Shown here in pieces: positions 1-13,500 of a DNA stretch of 64,000 nt. The notes under the pieces were generated by a model. It made no database searches, was not told where the DNA came from, and worked only from the letters and a program-made list of their open reading frames with translations. This DNA is from Takakia lepidozioides (Eukaryota > Plantae > Bryophyta), in NCBI GenBank assembly GCA_030704615.1, contig CM060732.1, positions 23,002,001 through 23,066,000 on the forward strand, given 5' to 3'. A program made the translations under genes and the position numbers. Position 1 is the stretch's first letter, and every line of letters begins with the position of its first letter.

Positions 1-903
1 GGCGTTGAGCAAATGATGCACGAAGGAGGAGACAAGGAGGAGACGAGACGAGACGAGGACAAGCGAGCTCGCCGTTCTTGGGACAGTCAGCTTGGTCTTA
101 GCAAGCGTGTTTCAATCTCTGACTACTCATCTACGCCGTAGTGGTTCGATCTGACAGACCAATCCGACATTACATGACTATAGACACAAGCAGCACACAC
201 AAGAGGTCATCGGTCAAATCCTCCATGGGTCAGGACAGGTCAAGGACAATGTGGTAGGGCACCTTCTTCTTCAACCTATTTCAGCCTGTGTTGCCCTCTC
301 ATCAGACTCGGCCGCAAGATGCATATTGAATTCTGTAAGTTAGGTCGTTGGGTACATCTGTGGTGGTTTGGAGTGACTTTGGCAAGTTACTGCCAGTGTG
401 GCAGCAGGGAAGTATCCAAAAACATATAATAGAGGTGAGGAGAAGCGGTGGGGTGAACACTTTCCGACCCCAATGGTAGGACAATGGAGACAAAAAGGCG
501 AATGTCTGTTGGACTACAGAGAGAAGCAGATACATTTCAGATTGTGATAAGTAGGGTTGGGGTGTTTTGGGGAAGAACTCCACACCAGTATGGTTGGGGT
601 GTTTGCTGGTAGAATTGTAGGCTGTCAGAGGCATGGATAGCTGAAGGAGCAGGGATAGAGTGTGGGTCCACATTCATCCAAGAGGGCTGGATTTCAAGCT
701 CCACATTACCTATGATTCCCTGTGGAAGGATAGGTACAAGAAACCTACATGGGTAGATGGTCAACTGGAAGCGACATGCTGTACTATATGTCATTACTGT
801 ACTATATGTCATTCCAGAGACTGTCATTGTTGGTCCATGTGTTTCACAACAATGCTATCAATATAAGACTCCTGGTTCGCATTGGAAGCTCAATCCCTAC
901 AAG

Positions 904-970
904 TTCATTGTGTGTGAAGTTCAAACTTGCGATTTGAAGGATCTTGTAACCAAGTTCATTCAACCGGAAA
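904..970 (+). pseudogene. 40S ribosomal protein S3a-like fragment (copy 1)
   Basis: Translates CEVQTCDLKDLVTKFI, resembling the RPS3a C-terminal region. Lies in a locally duplicated block (~780-1030 vs ~1510-1790). Confidence 0.55.
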
Positions 971-1626
971 GGAGAAATTCTGAAAGCTCCCAAATTTGAT
1001 GTGGGCAAGCTTATGGAGGTAAGACTTAGCTTCCCTCCTCTAATGTAAGTGTTGGATAAGTTTCATTTACTGTCGACCTTCACTGCATATATTGGCTCTT
1101 TTCTTGGCTGGTTTCATATTTTCTTGGCTGGTATGCTGTTGGTTGGCTTCTTTCATTTCACGTGTGTAGTGGAAGGGGAGAAGTACTTTCCTAAGTTCTG
1201 CTGCAACAATGTCTTTTTCCAGCCTAGATGTTTTCGATGGATACAAATTGAAGTGTTTTGAATGTTGCTGCAATACTATAATAAAGTGGAGGGTGCTGAA
1301 TGCAGTTGGCCTTGCTTCGTGCAGGCATAATCCAGGGAAATGTGGACATAGCTGAAACCCCATGATAGCATTTCCAGAGGACGGTGTGGATGGCCTCACA
1401 ATCCAGCATGCAAAATCCATGACAATGTGGAGCTGGCTGAATGGGCAAACAGGTTAAGTGGCGAACAAGCCACGTCACTGGTACATAGTTGCATGCTTAC
1501 ATAGTACATGAAAGCGTACTATATGTCATTCCCGAAATTGACCATGTTGGTCCATGTATTTTACAACAATGCTATCAATAAAAGACCAATGGTTCGCATT
1601 GGAAACTCTATCTCCGTAAGTGGCTT

Positions 1627-1733
1627 GTGCGTGATGCTCAAACTTGTGATTTGAAGGATCTTATACCCCAGTTCATTGCAGAGGTCATTGGAAAAGACAT
1701 TGAGAAGGCAACAGCCGTTATCTATAATCTACA
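1627..1733 (+). pseudogene. RPS3a: 40S ribosomal protein S3a-like fragment (copy 2)
   Basis: RDAQTCDLKDLIPQFIAEVIGKDIEKATAVIYNLQ matches the RPS3a 'CDLKDLV.KFIPE.IGK.IEKAT..IYPLQ' segment. Isolated fragment only. Confidence 0.7.
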
Positions 1734-2129
1734 GATCCCCTTCAATTTGATGTGGGAAAAGCCGGCTGGCTGGAGGTCTAGTCTCATTTTCACTCATCTA
1801 ATGTCAGTGTTGTATCCATTGCAATGTGGAGATGTTTGTAACAACATTGGAGCATTTCCAGAGGATGGTCTGGATGGCCTTTCGTGGCGTGTGCCGAATC
1901 CATGGCAAGAAAACATTGCAGGCAGAACCCATGGCAATGGTACCAGCACGGGTTGGTCCAAAGCCAATTGCAACAACAAATGAATAAAGGGTGCTGAAAG
2001 GAAAACACTCCATAATTGATCATAAAATCCAGTGTCCAAGCATGATATCTTAATGGGAATGCAAAGGGAGTGTTACCACCTTAAACTATCATGCATGGTC
2101 TATAACTGGAGTGCACAAATCGCGCATAT

Positions 2130-2585
2130 CTAATCTTCATCATCCTCATCTATGTCTGGGTCACTACATGTATCATTGTCTTCATCACAGACTTCATCTT
2201 CTCCAAGGGTTGGCTGAACATCATCACCACGTATACGGGGTGCTCGGAGGTACAAGGAGGCCACCTGCTCTGGAGTAACCGGTACCGCTCGACTGCATGT
2301 TGGGCCATTAGTAGCCACAGTCTCCTCTAGTCTTTGTGGGGCTAACAATCCTTCCACTTCCGCCACATCATCATTATCAATTGATATGTCGCAGACCACT
2401 CTACGTGCTCGGGGGCTCTTCTCCCGGACGACTTTCCACCTCGGCTCCTTCACACAATCAGAAAAAAACACTTGATCAACCTGGCCAGGAAACACAAAAG
2501 GCTGCTCAGAAGGTGGAAGCATACGGTTAAAATTGACAAGTGTGAAGCCAGCATCATCCTGCTTCATTGACATAGGTTGACGACC
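2130..2585 (-). pseudogene. CACTA/EnSpm transposase gene, 3' end (DUF4216-like region and acidic tail)
   Basis: DDAGFTLVNF...EQPFVFPGQVDQVFFSD...WKVV motif typical of CACTA transposase C-termini. Joins in frame with 21865+ once the MULE is removed (…SWVRASRVGRQP|MSMKQDDAG). Confidence 0.8.
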
Positions 2586-3003
2586 AGCGTAGCTATGGCG
2601 TGAGCCCAGCCCCGTGAGCCTGGGAGCTGAGCTCACGTTGTAGCTGCAAAGCGTGAGCTGAGCTCACGCTTCAAGGAAGCGTGAGCGGCATAAATTTGCT
2701 GGAGAAGCAGGTCCTATAGGCGAGGATTGCAAGAAGAGGGCCTATTACCGTGGACAAAACAAAGGGGGCCACCATGCACCATGTCTACAATGCCTGCACA
2801 AAAAGAGTAATATGAAAATATGGCAGAATAGAGCTCAGAATGATTGACACACTCTATTTCAATTCACAGATAGACGCTTACAATGAATGGCATGTGCATT
2901 TGCCCTGGTTCCGTGAACGAAATGTATGTGTTTGTCCTAAATGCAAAGTCTTCACACGGCAACCTTGAAACCAGTATGGGAAGTGGGCATGGCTCGTATG
3001 TGT

Positions 3004-6000
3004 TCAAAGAGAATTTGGCTGAGCCCTACGTGAGGTGTCCCGCTGCAGAAGGGTGATGACTTCTCCGTAGCCTAGTGTGGCTTGGTGAATGAATTGGTCT
3101 CTCTTACCGTCGCAACACATAATTACAAGGTATATGTAATATTGATGCTTGCAGGGGACCCACTTCCCTCTCATGCCGAGAGCACCCTCACGCATCGTTA
3201 CAAAATCCGGACAAGTGCAAGTAGGGAAATTCCCCACGGTAACCTGATATTCTTTGCCATGAAGAACTGAGCCAATAGACAGCACTGTGTAAATCCGTCC
3301 ATACCCCGGGGCAGGGACTTCGGTGATACGAGCCACCCGAGCCTGCAAAATTCTAGCCGATTCCATCTTGCATTCGTGATCTGCACCCGAAGCGACACGG
3401 CGCACTGTTTTTCCATCTCTTTTTGTTGGGTGGGAGTCGGCACCGGGTGGAGGCATTGCCGGAGCTTGTGGCACATCTGTGCCGACAGTGCACAAGGGCA
3501 CCACTCGGGATCGTGCAAGACAAAACCCTCCCTCCTCCAGCATGCTTATCTCGGTTGTTGACAGCGACGTCCCAAGTTTCACAAGCCAAATTGCGGGGGG
3601 AGGGGGTTTCATTATCACCGAAGGACGAATTGTTCCCTTGACGCATCGTGCCATATCGTCTAGGCAGAACCAGAACTTGTGGTCCTTTGACTCCCCACTA
3701 TGATAAGGTCGGAACAACCCTGTGAATGTTGGAGCTGGAGTCCCCCTAGAGCCTTTGCATATTTTTGATTTGCATTTCTTGAAAGAGGGGGTCCGAATTG
3801 CCATGCAAGCAACTCTAGATCCTGGTGGGGTGCGTTCTATATGCCACTCACTATCAATGCAATCAGATTCCTGCACCATGGCCACCACCTCCTCCAATGG
3901 GATTCCTGCTGCTGTGCTTGCATGTTCTGCACCTGCTCCACAGGAGGAGGACCCACCTGGGAAGGGGCCGGCACAGGACTTAGTCTGCACTGGAGACACC
4001 TTTGGCACAGAGAAATTGACCCTGTCTAGGCGATGGGAATCTCCATCTGAACCTGGAAGAGTGTTCAATTTCCTTTTGCATGATCCAAATCTTTCCTCGC
4101 CTTCCAAATGAGGGAGCCTGGATTGCAATGGGGAGCCTTCAGTGCACCTGTTCAGAGCTTTGGCCATCTTGGATGGGTCTCCAGACCTACTCGCAGCCCT
4201 TAGCATCAACAAAGTCGAACTGGGGCCCTTGCCTCCACCCCGTCCCATCAGAAAATTGCGGTACCTGGTTTGTTGTGTGAGTGCCCGCACCATGTCATCA
4301 GCAGTGGCCACATACAAGTCACGACCTGCTTTGGTAGATTGCTGCATCCAGCGTTATGAACAGTCTCCGCCAAATTACAGGATGGCATGTCGGCCAAGTC
4401 CTCCAAGGACATTTCCTGCACGAGGCATTGCATGGAAATGTGAGGAAGGAAAGGAAATGGAAGAGGTTCTTCAAGCGACAATCCAAGAACCCCAAATGAA
4501 GAGGCATGTTGCAAAATTTCTGATTTTGGGATTCGAGAGGCTTACCGTCGTCATGAAAGCTCCCCACTGTCTGTATCTGAAGTGCCAGAAAACCAACCAG
4601 TCCTCCAACTCCTTCAGGTGGATACCAGTAGCAGCACCAGAGGAGAACCACCAAGCCCGGATTGCTTGGTAAGTGCTCTCAGCTTCTCCCATTGATTTGG
4701 CATTTTTGTACTTGAGACAGAGCCTTCTGTGCTCCAACTGAAGGTCAGGGCGAATGCAGCGCTTTGTATGACGTGCCAGAGATTGACTCCAATGGAAGAG
4801 GCATGTGTGCTCCCTATTTTCCATTGGGACCTTAGGATCCCCCGAACCAAACACGCGCCGCACTGCATTGAAATTTGCCTGTGCACTATCAGCCATGAAG
4901 CCCGCAAAATTTGTCTTCTGTATTCCGTTGCGCTGCATGACGGCCAGGAGCGAATTCCACATGAGCATCTGGGATTCAGTGTCCTCCGACTGCATATCAC
5001 AAATTGCTATTGAGAGCACACGTTGGTACGCTGGATCATACACATGGCACGCCATGGTTGTCCAACCCTTCACCCGTTTGCAGTGATCAAACATCAACCA
5101 ACATTTAGCCAAATCTCCTCCAGGTTGCATTCGGCGGACAATGCTAACACCACTGCCTTCGCCCACTGCGGACATCTTGAACAAATAAACCTTGGATGAG
5201 CCCTGGCCAGGGAAGATATTGTTTTGAATGAATTCATAGCGACTTCTCCGTTTGAGGTCCATAATGTTGTCCATGAATCCAGCATTGCCTGTGCCGACTC
5301 TGAGTGCATTCACCTGGTTTCGAATATTGGGAGAGCTCAACACGGAGAAATGGTCCATCACTGCATCAAGCGAATCTGCATCCAGCATTGGCTGTGTCGA
5401 ATCCCCTTCACCCAATATGTGTTTTTCCAGGAAAGCCTTGCTAGCTGCAAGCGCTATAGCAGAAGGTGTTGCAGAAGGGGCATTGTGGAACTCCTGCTTC
5501 AGCAGATTTCTAGCGATGTCCACGCTATCCCTGCAACTTCCTTTGGACACAGGATGCTCGTGTGCACCCATATGAATGCAGGCACGACTCATTGTTTTGC
5601 ACCGGTGTGCCACCTGGTACATACGAGCGTGGCACACAGAAACACAGGACGGGGAAAGTTTGCAGAACCTGCACACAAAAGTATTGGTCTTGGGAGGGGC
5701 AAGTCCTGGGGTGAAAGGATTCAATGGCACACCTTCCCACTCACTCTCGTTTGGTTGAGCGCTGTTTCTCAGGCGAGGGCAAGTTATATTCAGGCACTTG
5801 CAATGCCCAACGCAAACCGACCTTCGAAATTTCAATCCAATGTCGTTGTGGATGTTTGACATTTTTGTCCTGCACCAAGGGTGTCCGTCATGTTTCTTGT
5901 CCATGCCCTGCAGAAGCCCAGCCAGTCCATTGGAAGACGTGGGAGGGTTGAGCTCAAACAAGATGTCCCCATCAAACTCTGCTGGCACGTATTGAACCCG

Positions 6001-6567
6001 CTGCACACGAAGGGACTCCCAATCAACAAAACGCAGCTCGCTCTTGCACCCAGGCACCCCTGCGAGGGCTTTCAATTTTAGAATGACACTCGTTATCTCT
6101 TGCAATTCGGATTCATCCAAGAATGGAGTCTGCACTGGCGGAGGAATCTCAGAAACATCCTCCGAAGACGAGTCTGAAAGAGTCACGAATGTAGTGGATG
6201 TGCTCACCTCTTTTTTCACATGAACTGTGTCCTTCTGCTGCACGACCGATGCTGCAGTTCCAGGGGTAATGACTGATCCTGCTGATTGTCTTCTCTCTTT
6301 TCCAAGGACACGGTATGTGCCTGGAAGGACTCTCCACTTCCTTCCACACTCGCCAACCAATGGTTTCTCCAAATGTCCAGAATCCAAATTCCCATCCTCG
6401 TCATACACCTCCTTTTGAACAAGCAGAGAACCCAATTCCAGTGGGAACACTGTAACCAGCTCATCCTCATGAACAACTGCAAACCCATCGTCGTCTGCAG
6501 TGGCAGTCATTGGAAGACTACCTGCATTGGAATGAAATCGTGCTAGTCTATCTCTGTCCTTGGACAT
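3004..6567 (-). pseudogene. MULE/Mutator transposase with GCM-like zinc DNA-binding domain, DDE core and SWIM finger (1 intron, 1 frameshift)
   Basis: CVGHCKC...C..C...RACIHMGAHEHP (GCM/WRKY-like); WLMFDH...FMADS...CLFHW; CNLAE in exon 2 after a GT-AG intron at 4545-4416; C-terminal CTCPDF...CKH SWIM. Frameshift near 4350. Confidence 0.85.
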
Positions 6568-7531
6568 GTTTTCCTATGCTGACCAAAACTTTCGATCCAC
6601 AACGGAATCCCCGATTTGATAGCCCGCAATTCTGGAAAGGGGATCCACCACAAAAAAATTGAGGACAACAAGGGTAGCAGTAACCCAAAGGCTGCGGTCG
6701 ATGCATCAGAAGGATGCAAGAATGACATGCACTGAACTTCGGAGATAACCACGCTGAGAGACACCAACTAGAAAAATTGTTTTCAAATAAAGAAGGCCAC
6801 AAGAAGCCGTACTGTTTTTGGATGAAAAACAAATCCTGAACATGACATGAAACCATCCTTTATGGAAAGACGGCAAAAACCCTGGAGAGCAGTAAATAGG
6901 AAGACCCCGAATGTAATGAGGTCGTGCCGTGCCAGAAGAGCACAACACAAACACTGACACTCCAAGAGTCACCTCGCACGGATGTGTGCAACACAAGATC
7001 ATTTCCGACACAACCCTTTATACCGAATGACCCCATGGCGACGATGACGGCAAAATGCAAAGCATAGGGCAGGCAGTACGAAACACGTGGATGCATATGT
7101 GAAGCACAACATTTATGGGGAATCTACAAGAACTGCTCCAAATTGAACTAGCATTAGATTTGTGCGGCACTTCCGAATTTGAAACCATTCCAGAAGGCCG
7201 CCATATATTGGCAGGCGGCGAAGTACATTTGACATATATCACAAGTACATGCAACGTATGCACATATTTTCTGGCACTTTATTTCTTGAATAATACAAAG
7301 ACGCCGAAATGGATGAATTCCGTTCGCACACAATAACAACACCAGCATCCAAATACGATTGACAATGTCCTATTTTGATTTTGGTTACATGCAATAGGAA
7401 CCCTTGTTGCAAACGTCAAACTGGAGAGCTCTAGAGGCATCGTGGGGAGCCCTTGTTTCCAGCGGAGGAGGAAGAGAAGGAAATCATTGTACTTCACGAG
7501 CTCTAGAAACAGGAATAGAGCCAGATATAGA

Positions 7532-10500
7532 ATGAGGATGGAAAGAGTGGCCGAAGAGGAAAAGGCGGAAGAAGAGGGCAAAGAGACAAGTTCGGCGATG
7601 GAAGAGCAGGAATCCGGGGAAGACCAGCAGCCTGCCATAGTTCCAAGAACAGATGAGGAGGACACTGCATCCGAGGGAGAGGCAGACGCCGAAGATGATG
7701 TTGACGCTGGCCTCACGAAGAACCTAATAGTGGAAGAGAGGATGGGGGAGATGCTCCAGAACACGAGAGGCGTGGAGAGCAATCCAAAGCGCAAAGGGTC
7801 CCCGGCGATTGGGGAGTCTTCTGGAGCAGCCCAAAAAAAGGTTCAATCTTTGGAACCCATCTTTGTGCTTCATTGCTGATGTGAACCCAAGTTGAGATTC
7901 TATGTCGATATGAACATAGACTGCACACGACATCTTTGCAGGTTGCATCAACCGCGAACAAGAAGCTCAAAAAGTGTATCCAAAACGGCCAAATTGGGCA
8001 CTGTTTGAGCACAGTTTGTCTTTGTTTTTGCCCTGTGAAATTCGGCAATACAGGGCAGGTCTCGGAGGTTCAATCATTAGTTGCATTGGCAGCTCAAACA
8101 GTGTGCGTCAACGCACACTGTTTGAGCTGCCATGTCATTGCATTTGTCATCTGAAAATTGGCCACATAGGGTTTGAATTAGTGGTTGAATCATCACTATC
8201 CTGGCAGCTCAAACAGTGTGCGTTGGCGCACACTGTTTGAGCTACCCTTATCATTGCTTTTTTCATTTGAGAATGGGCCACATAGCGCATATCTCTCAGG
8301 ACAGATGAACACTTATCTGGCAGCTCAAACAGTGTGCGTTGCCGCACACTGTTTGAGCACACCTTGTCTTTGTTTTTCCCCTGTGAAATTCGGCAATACA
8401 GGGCCGGTCTCAGAGGTTCAATCATCAGTTGCATGGCAGCTCAAACAGTGTGCGTCAACGCACACTATTTGAGCTGCCATGTCATTGCACTTGTCATCTG
8501 GAAATTGGCCACATAGGGTTTGAATTAGTGGTTGAATCATCACTATCCTGGCAGCTCAAACAGTGTGCGTTGGCGCATATTGTTTGAGGTACCCTTATCA
8601 TTGCCTTTTTCATTTGAGAATGGGCCACATAGGGCATGTCTCTGAGGACAGATGAAGACTTATCTGGCAGCTCAAACAGTGTGCGTTGGCGCACACTGTT
8701 TGAGCTACCCTTCTCATTGTTTTTTTCATTTGAGAATGGGCCACATAGGGCATGTCTCTGAGGACAGATGAACAACTTATCTGGCAGCTCAAACAGAGTG
8801 CGTTGCCGCACACTGTTTGAGCACACCTTGTCTTTGTTTTTCCCCTGTGAAATTCGGCAATACAGGGCCGGTCTCGGAGGTTCAATCATCAGTTGCATGG
8901 CAGCTCAAACAGTGTGCCTCAACGCACACTGTTTGAGCTGCCATGTCATTGCACTTGTCATCTGAAAATTGGCCACATAGGGTTTGAATTAGTGGTTGAA
9001 TCATCACTATCCTGGGAGCTCAAACACTGTGCGTTGGCACACACTGTTTGAGGAACCCTTATCATTGCCTTTTTCATTTGAGAATGGGCCACATAGGGCA
9101 TGTCTCTGAGGACAGATGAAGACTTATCTGGCAGCTCAAACAGTGTGCGTTGGCACTGTTTGAGCTACCCTTATCATTGCTTTTTTCATTTGAGAATGGG
9201 CCACATAGGGCATATCTCTCAGGACAGATGAACACTTATCTGGCAGCTCAAACAATGTGCGTTGCCACACACTGTTTGAGCACACCTTGTCTTTGTTTTT
9301 CCCCTGTGAAATTTGGCAATACAAGGCCGGTCTCGGAGGTTCAATTATCAGTTGCATGACAGCTCAAACAGTGTGCGTCAACGCATACTGTTAGAGCTGC
9401 CATGTCATTGCACTTGTCATCTGAAAATTGGCCACATAGGGTTTGAATTAGTGGTTGAATCATCACTATCCTCGCAGCTCAAACAGTGTGCGTTGGCGCA
9501 CACTGTTTGAGGTACCCTTATCATTGCCTTTTTCATTTGAGAATGGGCCACATAGGGCATGTCTTTGAGGACAGATGAAGACTTATCTGGCAGCTCAAAC
9601 AGTGTGCGTTGCCGCACACTGTTTGAGCACACCTTGTCTTTGTTTTTCCCCTGTGAAATTCGGCAATACAGGGCCGGTCTCGGAGGTTCAATCATCAGTT
9701 GCATGGCAGCTCAAACAGTGTGCGTCAACGCACACTGTTTGAGCTGCCATGTCATTGCACTTGTCATCTGAAAATTGGCCACATAGGGTTTGAATTAGTG
9801 GTTGAATCATCACTATCCTGGCAGCTCAAACAGTGTGCGTTGGCGCACACTGTTTGAGCTACCCTTATCATTGCTTTTTTCATTTGAGAATGGGCCACAT
9901 AGGGCATGTCTCTGAGGACAGATGAACAACTTATCTGGCAGCTCAAACAGAGTGCGTTGCCGCACACTGTTTGAGCACACCTTGTCTTTGTTTTTCCCCT
10001 GTGAAATTCGGCAATACAGGGCCGGTCTCGGAGGTTCAATCATGAGTTGCATGGCAGCTCAAACAGTGTGCATCAATGCACACTGTTTGAGCTGCCATGT
10101 CATTGCACTTGTCATCTGAAAATTGGCCACATAGGGTTTGAATTAGTGGTTGAATCATCACTATCCTGGCAGCTCAAACAGTGTGCGTTGGCGCACACTG
10201 TTTGAGCTACCCTTATCATTGCTTTTTTCATTTGAGAATGGGCCACATAGGGCATGTCTCTGAGGACAGATGAACACTTATCTGGCAGCTCAAACAGTGT
10301 GCGTTGCCGCACACTGTTTGAGCACACCTTGTCTTTGTTTTTCCCCTGTGAAATTCGGCAATACAGGGCCGGTCTCGGAGGTTCAATCATCAGTTGCATG
10401 GCAGCTCAAACAGTGTGCCTCAACGCACACTGTTTGAGCTGCCATGTCATTGCACTTGTCATCTGAAAATTGGCCACATAGGGTTTGAATTAGTGGTTGA

Positions 10501-13500
10501 ATCATCACTATCCTGGGAGCTCAAACACTGTGCGTTGGCACACACTGTTTGAGGAACCCTTATCATTGCCTTTTTCATTTGAGAATGGGCCACATAGGGC
10601 ATGTCTCTGAGGACAGATGAAGACTTATCTGACAGCTCAAACAGTGTGCGTTGGCACTGTTTGAGCTACCCTTATCATTGCTTTTTTCATTTGAGAATGG
10701 GCCACATAGGGCATATCTCTCAGGACAGATGAACACTTATCTGGCAGCTCAAACAGTGTGCGTTTCCACACACTGTTTGAGCACACCTTGTCTTTGTTTT
10801 TCCCCTGTGAAATTTGGCAATACAAGGCCGGTCTCGGAGGTTCAATCATCAGTTGCATGACAGCTCAAACAGTGTGCGTCAACGCATATTGTTAGAGCTG
10901 CCATGTCATTGCACTTGTCATCTGAAAATTGGCCACATAGGGTTTGAATTAGTGGTTGAATCATCACTATCCTCGCAGCTCAAACAGTGTGCGTTGGCGC
11001 ACACTGTTTGAGGTACCCTTATCATTGCCTTTTTCATTTGAGAATGGGCCACATAGGGCATGTCTTTGAGGACAGATGAAGACTTATCTGGCAGCTCAAA
11101 CAGTGTGCGTTGCCGCACACTGTTTGAGCACACCTTGTCTTTGTTTTTCCCCTGTGAAATTCGGCAATACAGGGCCGGTCTCGGAGGTTCAATCATCAGT
11201 TGCATGGCAGCTCAAACAGTGTGCGTCGACGCACACTGTTTGAGCTGCCATGTCATTGCACTTGTCATCTGAAAATTGGCCACATAGGGTTTGAATTAGT
11301 GGTTGAATCATCACTATCCTGGCAGCTCAAACAGTGTGCGTTGGCGCACACTGTTTGAGCTACCCTTATCATTGCTTTTTTCATTTGAGAATGGGCCACA
11401 TAGGGCATGTCTCTGAGGACAGATGAAGACTTATCTGGCAGCTCAAACAGTGTGCGTTGCCGCACACTGTTTGAGCACACCTTGTCTTTGTTTTTCCCCT
11501 GTGAAATTCGGCAATACAGGGCCGGTCTCGGAGGTTCAATCATGAGTTGCATGGCAGCTCAAACAGTGTGCATCAACGCACATTGTTCGAGCTGCCATGT
11601 CATTGCACTTGTCATCTGAAGATTGGCCAAATAGGGTTTGAATTAGTGGTTGAATCATCACTATCCTGGCAGCTCAAAAAGTGTGCGTTGGCGCACACTG
11701 TTTGAGCTACCCTTATCGTTGCCTTTTTCATTTGAGAATGGGCCACATAGGGCATGTCTCTGAGGACAGATGAAGACTTATCTGGCAGCTCAAACAGTGT
11801 GCGTTGCCGCACACTGTTTGAGCACACCTTGTCTTTGTTTTTCCCCTGTGAAATTCGGCAATACAGGGCCGGTCTCGGAGGTTCAATCATCAGTTGCATG
11901 ACAGCTCAAACAGTGTGCGTCAACGCACACTGTTTGAGCTGCCATGTCATTGCACTTGTCATCTGAAAATTGGCCACATAGGGTTTGAATTAGTGGTTGA
12001 ATCATCACTATCCTGGCAGCTCAAACAGTGTGCGTTGCCGCACACTGTTTGAGGTACCCTTATCATTGTCTTTTTCATTTGAGAATGGGCCACATAGGGC
12101 ATATCTCTGAGGACAGATGAACACTTATCTGGCAGCTCAAACAGTGTGTGTTGCCGCACACTGTTTGAGCACACCTTGTCTTTGTTTTTCCCCTGTGAAA
12201 TTCGGCAATACAGGGCCGGTCTCGGAGGTTCAATCATCAGTTGCATGACAGCTCAAACAGTGTGCGTCAACGCACACTGTTTGAGCTGCCATGTCATTGC
12301 ACTTGTCATCTGAAAATTGGCCACATAGGGTTTGAATTAGTGGTTGAATCATCACTATCCTGGCAGCTCAAACACTGTGCATTCGCGCACACTGTTTGAG
12401 GTACCCTTATCATTGTCTTTTTCATTTGAGAATGGGCCACATAGGGCATGTCTCTGAGGACAGATGAAGACTTATCTGGCAGCTCAAACAGTGTGCGTTG
12501 CCGCACACTGTTTGAGCTACCCTTATCATTGCTTTTTTCATTTGAGAATGGGCCACATAGGGCATATCTCTCAGGACAGATGAACACTTATCTGGCAGCT
12601 CAAACACTGTGCGTTGCCGCACACTGTTTGAGCACACCTTGTCTTTGTTTTTCCCCTGTGAAATTCGGCAATACAAGGCCAGTCTCGGAGGTTCAATCAT
12701 CAGTTGCATGACAGCTCAAACAGTGTGCGTCAACGCATACTGTTTGAGCTGCCATGTCATTGCACTTGTCATCTGAAAATTGGCTACATAGGGTTTGAAT
12801 TAGTGGTTGAATCATCAGTATCCTGGCAGCTCAAACAGTGTGCGTTGGCGCACACTGTTTGAGCTACCCTTATCATTGCCTTTTTCATTTGAGAATGGGC
12901 CACATAGGGCATGTCTCTGAGGACAGATGAAGACTTATCTGGCAGCTCAAACAGTGTGCGTTGCCGCACACTGTTTGAGCACACCTTGTCTTTGTTTTTC
13001 CCCTGTGAAATTCGGCAATACAGGGCCGGTCTCGGAGGTTCAATCATCAGTTGCATGGCAGCTCAAACAGTGTGCGTCAACGCACACTGTTTGAGCTGCC
13101 ATGTCATTGCACTTGTCATCTGAAAATTGGCCACATAGGGTTTGAATTAGTGGTTGAATCATCACTATCCTGGCAGCTCAAACAGTGTGCGTTGCCGCAC
13201 ACTGTTTGAGCTACCCTTATCATTGCTTTTTTCATTTGAGAATGGGCCACATAGGGCATATCTCTGAGGACAGATGAACACTTATCTGGCAGCTCAAACA
13301 GTGTGTGTTGCCGCACACTGTTTGAGCACACCTTGTCTTTGTTTTTCCCCTGTGAAATTCGGCAATACAGGGCCGGTCTCGGAGGTTCAATCATCAGTTG
13401 CATGACAGCTCAAACAGTGTGCGTCAACGCACACTGTTTGAGCTGCCATGTCATTGCACTTGTCATCTGAAAATTGGCCACATAGGGTTTGAATTAGTGG

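Noticed and set aside
1476-1485. CACTG as CACTA terminus
   Set aside because: No matching opposite terminus or subterminal repeats were found, so CACTA ends are not called.
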